Positions 17,211 to 25,547 of a stretch of DNA of 64,000 nt are shown piece after piece. The stretch is from an uncultured Planctomycetia bacterium (GTDB lineage: Bacteria > Omnitrophota > Gorgyraeia > Pluralincolimonadales > Pluralincolimonadaceae). The stretch lies in the NCBI GenBank assembly GCA_964650515.1, contig CAZYUB010000007.1, positions 20,837-84,836 on the forward strand, in the 5' to 3' direction. How positions within the stretch are numbered: the first letter of the stretch is position 1; every line of letters starts with the position of its first letter. The translations under genes were made by a program, and so were the position numbers. Below the pieces are notes generated by a model that was not told the origin of the DNA, did not search any database, and was given only the letters and a program-made list of their open reading frames with translations.

Positions 17211-18635
17211 ATGAAAAATAAAATAATAACCGCACATGAAAAGGGCAGTATAGGCGAGATGGTCGCCATCGCGCTGCCGATGGTCATTTCCGCGTCATGC
17301 GACACGATAATGATATTTACCGACCGCCTGTTCCTTGCGCGCCTGGGGCCGGAGCTCATGAACGCGGCGATGGGCGGCGGGCTTACCTCTTTCATGCTGA
17401 TGACGTTCTTCCTCGGCCTTACCGGGTATTCGACGGCGCTCACCGCGCAATATCTCGGCGCGGGAAGGAAGAAGGCCTGCGCCGTCGTCATATCCCAGGC
17501 GGCGATAATATCGCTGGCTGCCTACCCGATAGTGCTCGCATGCCGCCCGCTTGGCCATATGCTGTTCAGGTCATCGGGAATAACGCCCGCGCAGATCGGC
17601 CCGCAGATGCTGTATTTCGATATCCTGCTGTGGGCGTCAATATTCGGCCTGATCAGGAACTGCTTTACTTCGTTCTTCTCCGGGACGGGAAGGACCGCCG
17701 TCGTGATGGCGGCGTCGATGACGTCGATGATAGTCAATATCTGCCTGAATTACGTGCTGATATACGGCAAGTTCGGAGTGCCCGCGATGGGTATCCGCGG
17801 AGCGGCGTACGGGACCGTGATAGGGAGCGTCAGTGGGCTGGCCTTGCTTGCGATAGTATATTTCAGCAAAGAGAATATGGAAAAATTCCATATACCGGAC
17901 GCGCTGCGCTTCGACAGGATAGTGATGGGCAAGCTTTTGCGTTTCGGGTCGTCGGTGGGGGCGGAGCTCTTCCTTAATATCCTCGCTTTCAACCTTATGG
18001 TCTTCATCTTTTATTCGCGCGGCCCGGTGACCGCGACTGCCGCGACGATAATGTTCAACTGGGACCTGGTCTCGTTCGTGCCTCTAATAGGCGTCGAGAT
18101 AGGCGTGACAAGTTTAGTCGGGCGGTATATGGGCGCCGGCAATCCCGAAACCGCGCATCGTTGTGTCCAGTCGGGGCTTAAGCTGGGCTTGATGTATTCC
18201 GCGTTCATACTGGTCCTGTTCGCGGGATTCCCTTCGGCGCTCGTGAAGGTCTTCCGCCCGGAAGTCGCGGACAGCATATTCGCGTCGGCGTCGCCGACGG
18301 CCGTCTTCATGGTGCGTCTCGCGTCGCTGTATGTCCTCGTGGAGGCGCTTCTCGTCGTCTATATAGGCGCGCTCCGCGGCGCGGGAGATACTTTGTGGGC
18401 GATGGGGATATCCGTTACGCTGCACTGGCTTTCGGCCGGCATGCTCGCGCTGTTGCTGTTCGGGATGGGGGTCTCGGCGGAGACCGGATGGGCCGTGATG
18501 GTCGCGTTGTTCATATCGTTCTCGGTGGTGGTCCTGCTGAGGTACAACAGCGGCAAATGGAAGTCGATAAAGGTCGTGCATCCGGAGCCGGCAATGATGC
18601 CGAGCGACAGTTTTCACGAGACTACCGAGATATAA
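17211..18635 (+). CDS. MATE family efflux transporter
   Basis: 12 TM segments; MATE-like N-terminus (EMVAIALPMVISASCDTIMIFTDRLFLARLG). Confidence 0.85.
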   Translation: MKNKIITAHEKGSIGEMVAIALPMVISASCDTIMIFTDRLFLARLGPELMNAAMGGGLTSFMLMTFFLGLTGYSTALTAQYLGAGRKKACAVVISQAAIISLAAYPIVLACRPLGHMLFRSSGITPAQIGPQMLYFDILLWASIFGLIRNCFTSFFSGTGRTAVVMAASMTSMIVNICLNYVLIYGKFGVPAMGIRGAAYGTVIGSVSGLALLAIVYFSKENMEKFHIPDALRFDRIVMGKLLRFGSSVGAELFLNILAFNLMVFIFYSRGPVTATAATIMFNWDLVSFVPLIGVEIGVTSLVGRYMGAGNPETAHRCVQSGLKLGLMYSAFILVLFAGFPSALVKVFRPEVADSIFASASPTAVFMVRLASLYVLVEALLVVYIGALRGAGDTLWAMGISVTLHWLSAGMLALLLFGMGVSAETGWAVMVALFISFSVVVLLRYNSGKWKSIKVVHPEPAMMPSDSFHETTEI

Positions 18636-18670
18636 TGGTGTAAAATACAAAAAAAGGAGCGCTGCATAAG

Positions 18671-19219
18671 ATGAAAAGGTCACTGGCTGCGGCCGCGGTA
18701 ATGGCGGTTTTTTCATTGGTCAACTTCAACGGAGGGGTATTCGCGATGGAAGGAAAGACGGTTGTCCTCGAAACTACGCAGGGGAATATCGAGATAGAGC
18801 TTATGCCCGGGGTCGCGCCGAAGACGTGCGAAAACTTCACGAAACTGGTCGAGAAGGGCTATTATAACGGCATAACATTCCACAGGGTAATAAAGGGCTT
18901 CATGATACAGGGCGGAGACCCGACCGGCACGGGAAGGGGCGGCGAGTCGTGCTGGGGCAAGCCGTTCGAGGACGAGGTGAGCAAGGACGTCGTCTTCGAC
19001 AAGCCCGGGATACTCGCGATGGCGAACGCAGGGCCGTGCACGAACGGCAGCCAGTTCTTCATTACGACGATACCGACGCCGTGGCTCAACGGCAAGCACA
19101 CGATATTCGGGAAGGTGACGGCCGGATACGACGTCGTGCAGAAGATAGAGAATACGCCCACCGGAAAGTTCGACAAGCCGAAAACGGAGCAGAAGATAAT
19201 AAAGGCGTATATTAAATGA
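18671..19219 (+). CDS. ppiB: Cyclophilin-type peptidyl-prolyl cis-trans isomerase, secreted
   Basis: [15 protein letters not shown] and NGSQFFIT motifs; signal peptide. Confidence 0.9.
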   Translation: MKRSLAAAAVMAVFSLVNFNGGVFAMEGKTVVLETTQGNIEIELMPGVAPKTCENFTKLVEKGYYNGITFHRVIKGFMIQGGDPTGTGRGGESCWGKPFEDEVSKDVVFDKPGILAMANAGPCTNGSQFFITTIPTPWLNGKHTIFGKVTAGYDVVQKIENTPTGKFDKPKTEQKIIKAYIK

Positions 19220-20106
19220 ATCCCGACGAGAGCAGCCAGTCGTACGCGGCGGGCGTATCGTTCTGGGGCTCTATAACCCTTTTCGCCGTCTCGGCGGCGG
19301 CGGGCCTAGCGGTCGATTCCGTGACGCTCCTGCTGGATGCCTCGACAAGTTTGGTCATACTGGTCGTCGCGTTCATGATGAACTCGACGATAAAAAAGAT
19401 ACACAGCCCGCCGGATGAGATATTCAACTTCGGTTACGAGAAATACGAGCCATTTACGGTGGTCCTGCAGGGCGGCCTGATAATCGCCACATGCCTGGTA
19501 AGCATCAAGTTCGCGGTGCAGGACATCATCCACTTCGACGACATAAAGAATTACCAGATACCCCTGATCGCGTCCGGCATATCGGTGGTGGTGGGGACGT
19601 TCATAGCCGTATTCATAGGGATCACCGCGAAAAGGACCCGCTCCTCGATGATGCATGCCGCGAGCATGCACTGGTTCATAAACACCGGGATGTCGGTAGG
19701 CATGTTAGGCGGTTTCTACCTGGGCTCTATCCTTAAGCGGAGGGGTTATACCGAAATAACCCCGTTCATCGACCCCGCGATGGCGATAATGCTGGCGCTG
19801 GTCTTTATACTGCCGCCTTTGAAGGCCATGAGGAAGAACCTGTTTGAGCTCCTCGACGCGGTCCCGTCCAGGGAGATAAGGGACAGGGTAAGGAAGGTGG
19901 TCGACGAATACAAGCCGAAGATGTTCGGCGTCCACAGGGTCAGGACGAGGAAGGCGGGGGAGAAGGTGTTCGTGGAAGTGTGCTTCATAGTGAAGGAGAA
20001 CATGACCCTGAAGGAAGCCGAGGCGATCGCCGCGGACTTCGAAAGGGACTTAAAGACCCACCTGCACCACATCGACGTGGTAGTCTACTTCAAACCTACA
20101 AAATAG
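19216..20106 (+). CDS. Cation diffusion facilitator family transporter
   Basis: 6 TM segments plus a C-terminal cytoplasmic domain; CzcD/FieF-like. Confidence 0.75.
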   Translation: MNPDESSQSYAAGVSFWGSITLFAVSAAAGLAVDSVTLLLDASTSLVILVVAFMMNSTIKKIHSPPDEIFNFGYEKYEPFTVVLQGGLIIATCLVSIKFAVQDIIHFDDIKNYQIPLIASGISVVVGTFIAVFIGITAKRTRSSMMHAASMHWFINTGMSVGMLGGFYLGSILKRRGYTEITPFIDPAMAIMLALVFILPPLKAMRKNLFELLDAVPSREIRDRVRKVVDEYKPKMFGVHRVRTRKAGEKVFVEVCFIVKENMTLKEAEAIAADFERDLKTHLHHIDVVVYFKPTK

Positions 20107-20119
20107 CAAAAATTCACCC

Positions 20120-20177
20120 TTGACGGGGCATGCCTTAGGTGGTATACAATAGGTATGCATTGGTGTATACAGGTATA
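20120..20177 (+). promoter_or_regulatory. TTGACG-17-TATACA promoter followed by four 11-bp-phased GGTATA repeats (site A)
   Basis: GGTATA-like cores at 20141, 20152, 20162/5 and 20172. Same architecture as 23440 and 24332. Confidence 0.55.
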
Positions 20178-22620
20178 TAACAGGAACAGGCGCGGCGCAG
20201 CCCTGATCATGACGGTGGGGGTGCTCAGCATGCTCGTGCTCATAGGCGTCTCGTTCGCCGCTACTACGCAGGCCATATACAGGGAGGCAAGGAATTACTC
20301 CAATTCCGTGAAGGCGAGATACCTCGCCGAAGCGGGGATAGCGAGGGCGATAGCCGAACTCCGCTGCGGCGCGGAAGGCGCGGTATCGGACGCGGTAGAT
20401 ACGCAGGCGGAGGGCTGGTATGCCGGATATTCCGCCGTTCTCGGCGGCGGCAGGTACCAGGTGAGCGGCACGGATTGCGCGGCCAGGATATATATAAACG
20501 ATACCAACCCGAACCTCAGCGCCATGCTTGAAAACCTCACGGCGGCACTCATATCCATGGACGAGCCGCTTTCAGCCGGGGACGGCGCCGCGATAGTATC
20601 GAACCGGCCGGCCGAAGGTTATATGAGCGAGCAGGAGGTGGAAGAGCCGTTCAGGCCTTACGTTACCGTAAGGGCGTTCCGGGATACGGCCGTCTATTCG
20701 AACGCTTCGCCTTTTCCGGCAGTCCCGAGGGCGCCCGTAAACGTCAATACCGCTTCCAAGCCGGTACTTAAAGCCGTCCTGTCCGGAATAGAAGCGCTGC
20801 ATATGTGCCCGAGGTGCGGAGGCGACGGGACGATATTCGCCGCAAGCGCGTGCCCGGATTGCGGGGGGACCGGCGGCCTAAGGATCACCTCTGCGGAGGC
20901 GGATGGGCTCGCGGACTACATAATTGCGAACCGCCCGTATTCGACATGGGGCCAATTCTATAACTCGATAAAATCCTGCGCAAGTATAGGAGCGCAGGAC
21001 GCGGACCTCGTGATGGCGAACGCGAACCCGAACGCGGGATTCGCGCCCGGGGCGCGCAATTACGGCTGGGCAAGCGGCGCGGGGCGTATCGGCAAAGATA
21101 TCGACCCGGCGGACAGCGGACGCGGCCTTACAACTCACACGACGGAATTCTGTTTCAATTCGGGGGGATATTACGATATCGTCTCGACCGGGACGGTAGA
21201 GGCAGGCGCGGGGACGGTCGTGGCTTCAAGGAGCATAAGGTCTGTCGTGAAGATATTCGATATCTGGAGGCAGACAACGCAGTCGGAATTCCAGGCGGGC
21301 GCCATGAGCGGCCTGCAGAGCTATCCGGAGCCGATAGGCGCGGGCATAGCGCCGGCGGCGTTCGACGGGCAGCTGATGCTCGCGACGAACGAGGACCCGT
21401 CCACCGCCAATACGCTGCTGAGGGCAAGCTTCAACGACGGGCTCGACCTCGATTCGGCGGCGAACGCGAATATCGTCAGGGATCCGGCGAGCACCTGCTC
21501 CGTGGGGAGCGTGGCCGACGCGTCGGACCCGGGCAGCTTACTGCCGGACGGCGTCTTCGTCAACAAAAAGTCCAACGATTACATATCGTTCATGGAGAAC
21601 TGGAGCGGCACCTATAACATGGCGAAGGCGGACATGGGGACGCTTTCGCTCTGGGTCAAAGCCGTATCCGGCGGAGAGGTGTATTCGGGGATGAGCTTCT
21701 CCGGTTACGAGATAGACACGTACGGCAACGGGCATACTGACGGCGGCCCGCCGTGGGATTTTTCGCTCTTCGAGATACACCCGAGCGGCTTCATTCCCGG
21801 CTCTCCGTTCGGCGACTGGAACTGGTGGAGGCCGGGTTACGCGAACAGGACGGAGGTATGGTTCTACGAACAGTGGGACGCCGCCCTGCCCGAGAGGCCT
21901 ATCGGATTTATCGGGTTCCAGGAGGTCGGAAGCGGCATCGGCGGTGGCAACGTCTCGCAGATAATGAGCACAGGCCGCGCGAGGAAGAACTGGGCGCCGG
22001 GCACATGGCACCATGTCGTCTTCACGTATGAATTGAGCAATCCCGCCGACCCGAACTGCATGACGGGGACTAAGAAGATATACATAGACGGCGCCGAGCC
22101 CCCGCATTACGCCTATGACACGATATACCACCGGCTTAACGGCGATGTCCGCGACATTACCCTCGGCACGTCGGACATCAATAACAGCCATTCAGACGGC
22201 ACCTATATAATAGACGAGTTCAGGTCGGAGCACGCCTGCGCGACGGCCGCGCAGGTCATGGCGGAATTCGCGTCCGGCAGATATTACGATAACAGCGACG
22301 CGGAATTCACGTCGTCAGCGTTCGACGCTGGAGAAGCGCGCATCGGCACGGTATCGTGGACTGAACACATGCCCGCGAGTGTCGCCGGAGGCGATATACG
22401 ATTCGATATAGACAACGGCTCGGGATGGCTCGGCGGGTATGCCGCGCGCAACGACCCAGCGGGATCCCCCGTGGACGCGATGACCACCGGGACGAACCTT
22501 ATAAGGTATAAGGCGTATTTCGTGAATTCGGGTACGGGGCTTACCGATACGCCGGTCCTCGATGACGTGACCGTCACTTATTTGAGAAGGGCGGAAATAC
22601 TTTACTCAAGGGAGGAATGA
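20155..22620 (+). CDS. PilX/GspK-like N-terminus (RRGAALIMTVGVLSMLVLIGVSFA) fused to a large secreted domain with a Cys4 knot and a C-terminal LamG/ConA-like lectin domain
   Basis: Minor-pseudopilin-like N-terminus; CPRCGGDG..CPDCGG; WHHVVFTY..KKIYIDG LamG signature; C-terminal RYKAYF..TPVLDDVTVTY module shared with the giant ORF at 59871. Start uncertain (ATG 20155 lies inside the repeats; alternative ATG 20209). Confidence 0.6.
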   Translation: MHWCIQVYNRNRRGAALIMTVGVLSMLVLIGVSFAATTQAIYREARNYSNSVKARYLAEAGIARAIAELRCGAEGAVSDAVDTQAEGWYAGYSAVLGGGRYQVSGTDCAARIYINDTNPNLSAMLENLTAALISMDEPLSAGDGAAIVSNRPAEGYMSEQEVEEPFRPYVTVRAFRDTAVYSNASPFPAVPRAPVNVNTASKPVLKAVLSGIEALHMCPRCGGDGTIFAASACPDCGGTGGLRITSAEADGLADYIIANRPYSTWGQFYNSIKSCASIGAQDADLVMANANPNAGFAPGARNYGWASGAGRIGKDIDPADSGRGLTTHTTEFCFNSGGYYDIVSTGTVEAGAGTVVASRSIRSVVKIFDIWRQTTQSEFQAGAMSGLQSYPEPIGAGIAPAAFDGQLMLATNEDPSTANTLLRASFNDGLDLDSAANANIVRDPASTCSVGSVADASDPGSLLPDGVFVNKKSNDYISFMENWSGTYNMAKADMGTLSLWVKAVSGGEVYSGMSFSGYEIDTYGNGHTDGGPPWDFSLFEIHPSGFIPGSPFGDWNWWRPGYANRTEVWFYEQWDAALPERPIGFIGFQEVGSGIGGGNVSQIMSTGRARKNWAPGTWHHVVFTYELSNPADPNCMTGTKKIYIDGAEPPHYAYDTIYHRLNGDVRDITLGTSDINNSHSDGTYIIDEFRSEHACATAAQVMAEFASGRYYDNSDAEFTSSAFDAGEARIGTVSWTEHMPASVAGGDIRFDIDNGSGWLGGYAARNDPAGSPVDAMTTGTNLIRYKAYFVNSGTGLTDTPVLDDVTVTYLRRAEILYSREE

Positions 22621-22623
22621 CAG

Positions 22624-23469
22624 ATGAGATACTGGATGATATCGATTGCGCTGGCGCTCATGATCGTGAATACGGTATCGGCGGAGACGGGATCGGCCGT
22701 CGAGGGCTATAGCCCCGCGGTTCCGCTGCCTTCAAAAATGCCCGCGGAAGCCGGGATAAAGATATCGAAAGCCGCGATAGATTTTTCCGGCGGTGAATAC
22801 CGCGTAAAAGTCAGCGGCAGCACCGGCCTTCCCGACAAGGCGAGGATATACGTCTTCCTGAAGAAGGGGGAGTTTCCGCTGGACTGCAAGATCGCGCGCG
22901 CGGAAGGAGGCAGGTTCTCGGTAGAGCTCGGGCCGTTCCGGGTAAAACTGCCGATAGGCATATATAATGTGGAGGCGTCGCTGACGGCGGCGAGAGCATC
23001 CGGCGCGAAAGACATATACCGTCTCGTGGCCGGTAACCCCGAAGACGCGGTAAAAGAGGAAGAGTCCAGCAGGGCCGCGGTCTCGGCAAGCCTGGCTTCT
23101 GTCAGCGCGCTGTATGATGAGCTAGAGCAGAAGCGCGCGCAATACAAGGACAGTTTCGACCCGGCTGAATGGAGGAGATGGTCGGAAGGGTGGACTGCCC
23201 GCCTCAGGAACGAACAGCAGGCGGTCGATAACAACATAAAACCGCTGTTGGCCGGCGATTATTCGGGCCCCGGCCAGGCGCTTTCGCAGCTGATAAGGGA
23301 CCTTGACCAGCTCGGAAGGGTGTATTCGTCCGAACTGGACGGTGGCGGTATCAAGGATGCCTACCCTTATGCCTTCAGGGACCCCGCGCAGCTCAGGGCG
23401 GTCATCAACGAAGGCCTTAAAAATAGCAAAAAAGTCGTATTGACAAACTGTGGCCTAAATGGTATATGA
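22624..23469 (+). CDS. Secreted hypothetical protein
   Basis: Signal peptide; no recognisable motifs; 3 nt after the PilX-like gene. Confidence 0.5.
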   Translation: MRYWMISIALALMIVNTVSAETGSAVEGYSPAVPLPSKMPAEAGIKISKAAIDFSGGEYRVKVSGSTGLPDKARIYVFLKKGEFPLDCKIARAEGGRFSVELGPFRVKLPIGIYNVEASLTAARASGAKDIYRLVAGNPEDAVKEEESSRAAVSASLASVSALYDELEQKRAQYKDSFDPAEWRRWSEGWTARLRNEQQAVDNNIKPLLAGDYSGPGQALSQLIRDLDQLGRVYSSELDGGGIKDAYPYAFRDPAQLRAVINEGLKNSKKVVLTNCGLNGI

Positions 23470-23505
23470 ATGGTATACTAATGGTATTAATTGGTATAGT
23501 ATAAT
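23440..23505 (+). promoter_or_regulatory. TTGACA-17-TATATG promoter with four GGTATA repeats at 11/11/10-bp spacing plus TATAAT (site B)
   Basis: GGTATA at 23461, 23472, 23483 and 23493; TATAAT at 23500-23505. Confidence 0.55.
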
Positions 23506-23520
23506 CCCACACGAAAGGAG

Positions 23521-24276
23521 GTGAAAAGATTGAAATATCTGATCGCATTGTTGGCATGCATGTTCATATTCGCGGCTTCTCCCGAGGCCCACGCAGTCCT
23601 GAATTGGGCGGGAGAGGACACCGACGCGCCTTCAAACGCGTTGAACTGGAGCTACGGGTTCTCGCAGGGAGGCGACACGGTAGAGCTGGTCACGACGCTG
23701 GACGGCAACTGCGCGCCTTCGGTAACCACCGAAGCGCATTCGGGCGCCGAATCGGTCAAGTTCCACTGGACCCACACGAAGGACACGGTCAACTGGGGAA
23801 CAAGGACAGCCTTGCAGGTTGGAAGCGACGGCAACGGCGGAGACAGCCTAGGCACCTCGATGATGTTCCACGATATCTCAACGGCGAACAACCTGACCTT
23901 CTGGGTCAAGGGCGCGGTTGGCGGGGAACAGTTCAGGGTCGCCCTGAACAGCGGCTGGGAAGGATCGGCGTATCCGACCGACCAGACGAACCAGCTGCTC
24001 GTGAGCGGAGTAACAAGCTCATGGCAGCAGGTAGTGATGCCCCTGTCGGGATTCACGTATGATTTCCAGTATTCGGAGAATCCCGGCCCGATCGACCTGG
24101 CCCATTTGACGGGCGTCAGGTTTGTCATAGAGTCGGGCGAGCCGACCGGCGAAGGGACGGTGTATATCGATGACATCTCGTTCGATACGCAGACGGTCCC
24201 GGAACCCGCGAGCCTTCTTTTACTCGGCTCCGGCTTGAGCGGCATGTTGGTCTTTGTAAGGAAGCGTAAAGCATAA
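23521..24276 (+). CDS. PEP-CTERM-anchored secreted protein with a carbohydrate-binding-module-like beta-sandwich domain
   Basis: C-terminal VPEPASLLLLGSGLSGMLVFVRKRKA (PEP motif, TM segment and basic tail). FWVKGAVGGEQFRVAL motif shared with 5 other proteins in the window. Start may be TTG 23530. Confidence 0.75.
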   Translation: MKRLKYLIALLACMFIFAASPEAHAVLNWAGEDTDAPSNALNWSYGFSQGGDTVELVTTLDGNCAPSVTTEAHSGAESVKFHWTHTKDTVNWGTRTALQVGSDGNGGDSLGTSMMFHDISTANNLTFWVKGAVGGEQFRVALNSGWEGSAYPTDQTNQLLVSGVTSSWQQVVMPLSGFTYDFQYSENPGPIDLAHLTGVRFVIESGEPTGEGTVYIDDISFDTQTVPEPASLLLLGSGLSGMLVFVRKRKA

Positions 24277-24331
24277 GCTCTCGTCCCCCAACGAGAAGGA
24301 TCCGTCCGTCTCCCGAATCCTTTACGGCAGC

Positions 24332-24377
24332 TTGACAAATTCCCGCTATGTGGTATACATAAGGTATGGGTGGTATA
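24332..24377 (+). promoter_or_regulatory. TTGACA-16-TATACA promoter with three GGTATA repeats (site C)
   Basis: GGTATA at 24352, 24363 and 24372, upstream of the regulator gene. Confidence 0.5.
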
Positions 24378-24419
24378 TACCAATCCTAACCGAATATTGT
24401 ATCTAAGAGGAGGCGGGAG

Positions 24420-25529
24420 ATGGACGGTAAGTTTGACAAGAAGAGGCCGATGCTCTTTTACCAGCAGTTCGCGGATATGATCAGGGACCAGATCAACAGG
24501 AACCGGTATAAACCGGGCGAATACATCCCTTCCGAAAGGCAACTGAGCAAGGATTTCAAGCTCAACAGGATGACAGTGAGGAAGGGCATCGCGATGCTGG
24601 TGGAGGAAGGCCTGCTGCAGCCGTTCAGGGGGCGCGGGACTTTCGTTACGGGTTATCCCCAGCCCGGGAAGAAGACCCGGTCCAGGGATATCGGCTACGT
24701 CTTCATAAAGGATTTCAATTTTCCGCTTTCGAAGAATCCTTATTACACGGAGATCCTTGAAGGGGCGGAAGCCGAAGCTTCAAAACTGGATTATAAGTTC
24801 TTTCTAATGTCAGTAGATTACGATGAGAGCAAGCTAAGGGAGCTCGCGTCGCGCATAATCAGCGATAAGATAGGCGGGGCGGTCTTCGTAGGAAGGCTCG
24901 ACGAGAAGGTCGAGGAGATAATAACCTCCCTCGCGAAACGCAAGATACCCGTCGTCGTCATAGACAGGTACGTGCCCTATAACGGCGTCAGCGCGGTGCT
25001 GACCGACAATGCGAAGGGCGCGTATGACGCCGTGCAATACCTGGCTTCGCTCGGCCACCGGGACATAGGGTTCATTACGGGGCCGAAGTCGAACCAGGCG
25101 GTGCAGGAGAGGATCGGCGGATTCGAGAAGGCCGCCGGGGAACTCAAGCTCAAGGTGAAGGCGGAGCACACGGCCGAGAGCGACCTGCATATACACGGCG
25201 GATACCTCGCGATGAAGAAGATACTCGGGGCGCGCAAGTTCCCCACGGCGGTCTTCGCGATAAACGACGAGGCGGCGATAGGCGCGATGCGCGCGATACA
25301 CGAGAAGGGGTTGAAAATCCCGAAGGACATATCGCTCGTAGGGTTCGACGACATCGAATGGGCTTCGCACACGATGCCCGGGCTTACTACCATCAAGATC
25401 TACAAAAAAGAGATCGGCGCCGCTGCCGTGAAGAAACTCACGGAGCAGATCGAGGATAAGGCCGCTCTACCGGTCAAGAACGTGATGCCGGTAAAGCTTG
25501 TCCTCAGGGAGAGCGCCTCTCATGCCTAA
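24420..25529 (+). CDS. AraR-like transcriptional regulator (GntR-type winged HTH + LacI/GalR-type sugar-binding domain)
   Basis: PSERQLSKDFKLNRMTVRKGIAMLVEEGLL HTH, then a periplasmic-binding-protein-like fold. Confidence 0.8.
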   Translation: MDGKFDKKRPMLFYQQFADMIRDQINRNRYKPGEYIPSERQLSKDFKLNRMTVRKGIAMLVEEGLLQPFRGRGTFVTGYPQPGKKTRSRDIGYVFIKDFNFPLSKNPYYTEILEGAEAEASKLDYKFFLMSVDYDESKLRELASRIISDKIGGAVFVGRLDEKVEEIITSLAKRKIPVVVIDRYVPYNGVSAVLTDNAKGAYDAVQYLASLGHRDIGFITGPKSNQAVQERIGGFEKAAGELKLKVKAEHTAESDLHIHGGYLAMKKILGARKFPTAVFAINDEAAIGAMRAIHEKGLKIPKDISLVGFDDIEWASHTMPGLTTIKIYKKEIGAAAVKKLTEQIEDKAALPVKNVMPVKLVLRESASHA

Positions 25530-25547
25530 CATCTTGAGGAGATATAA

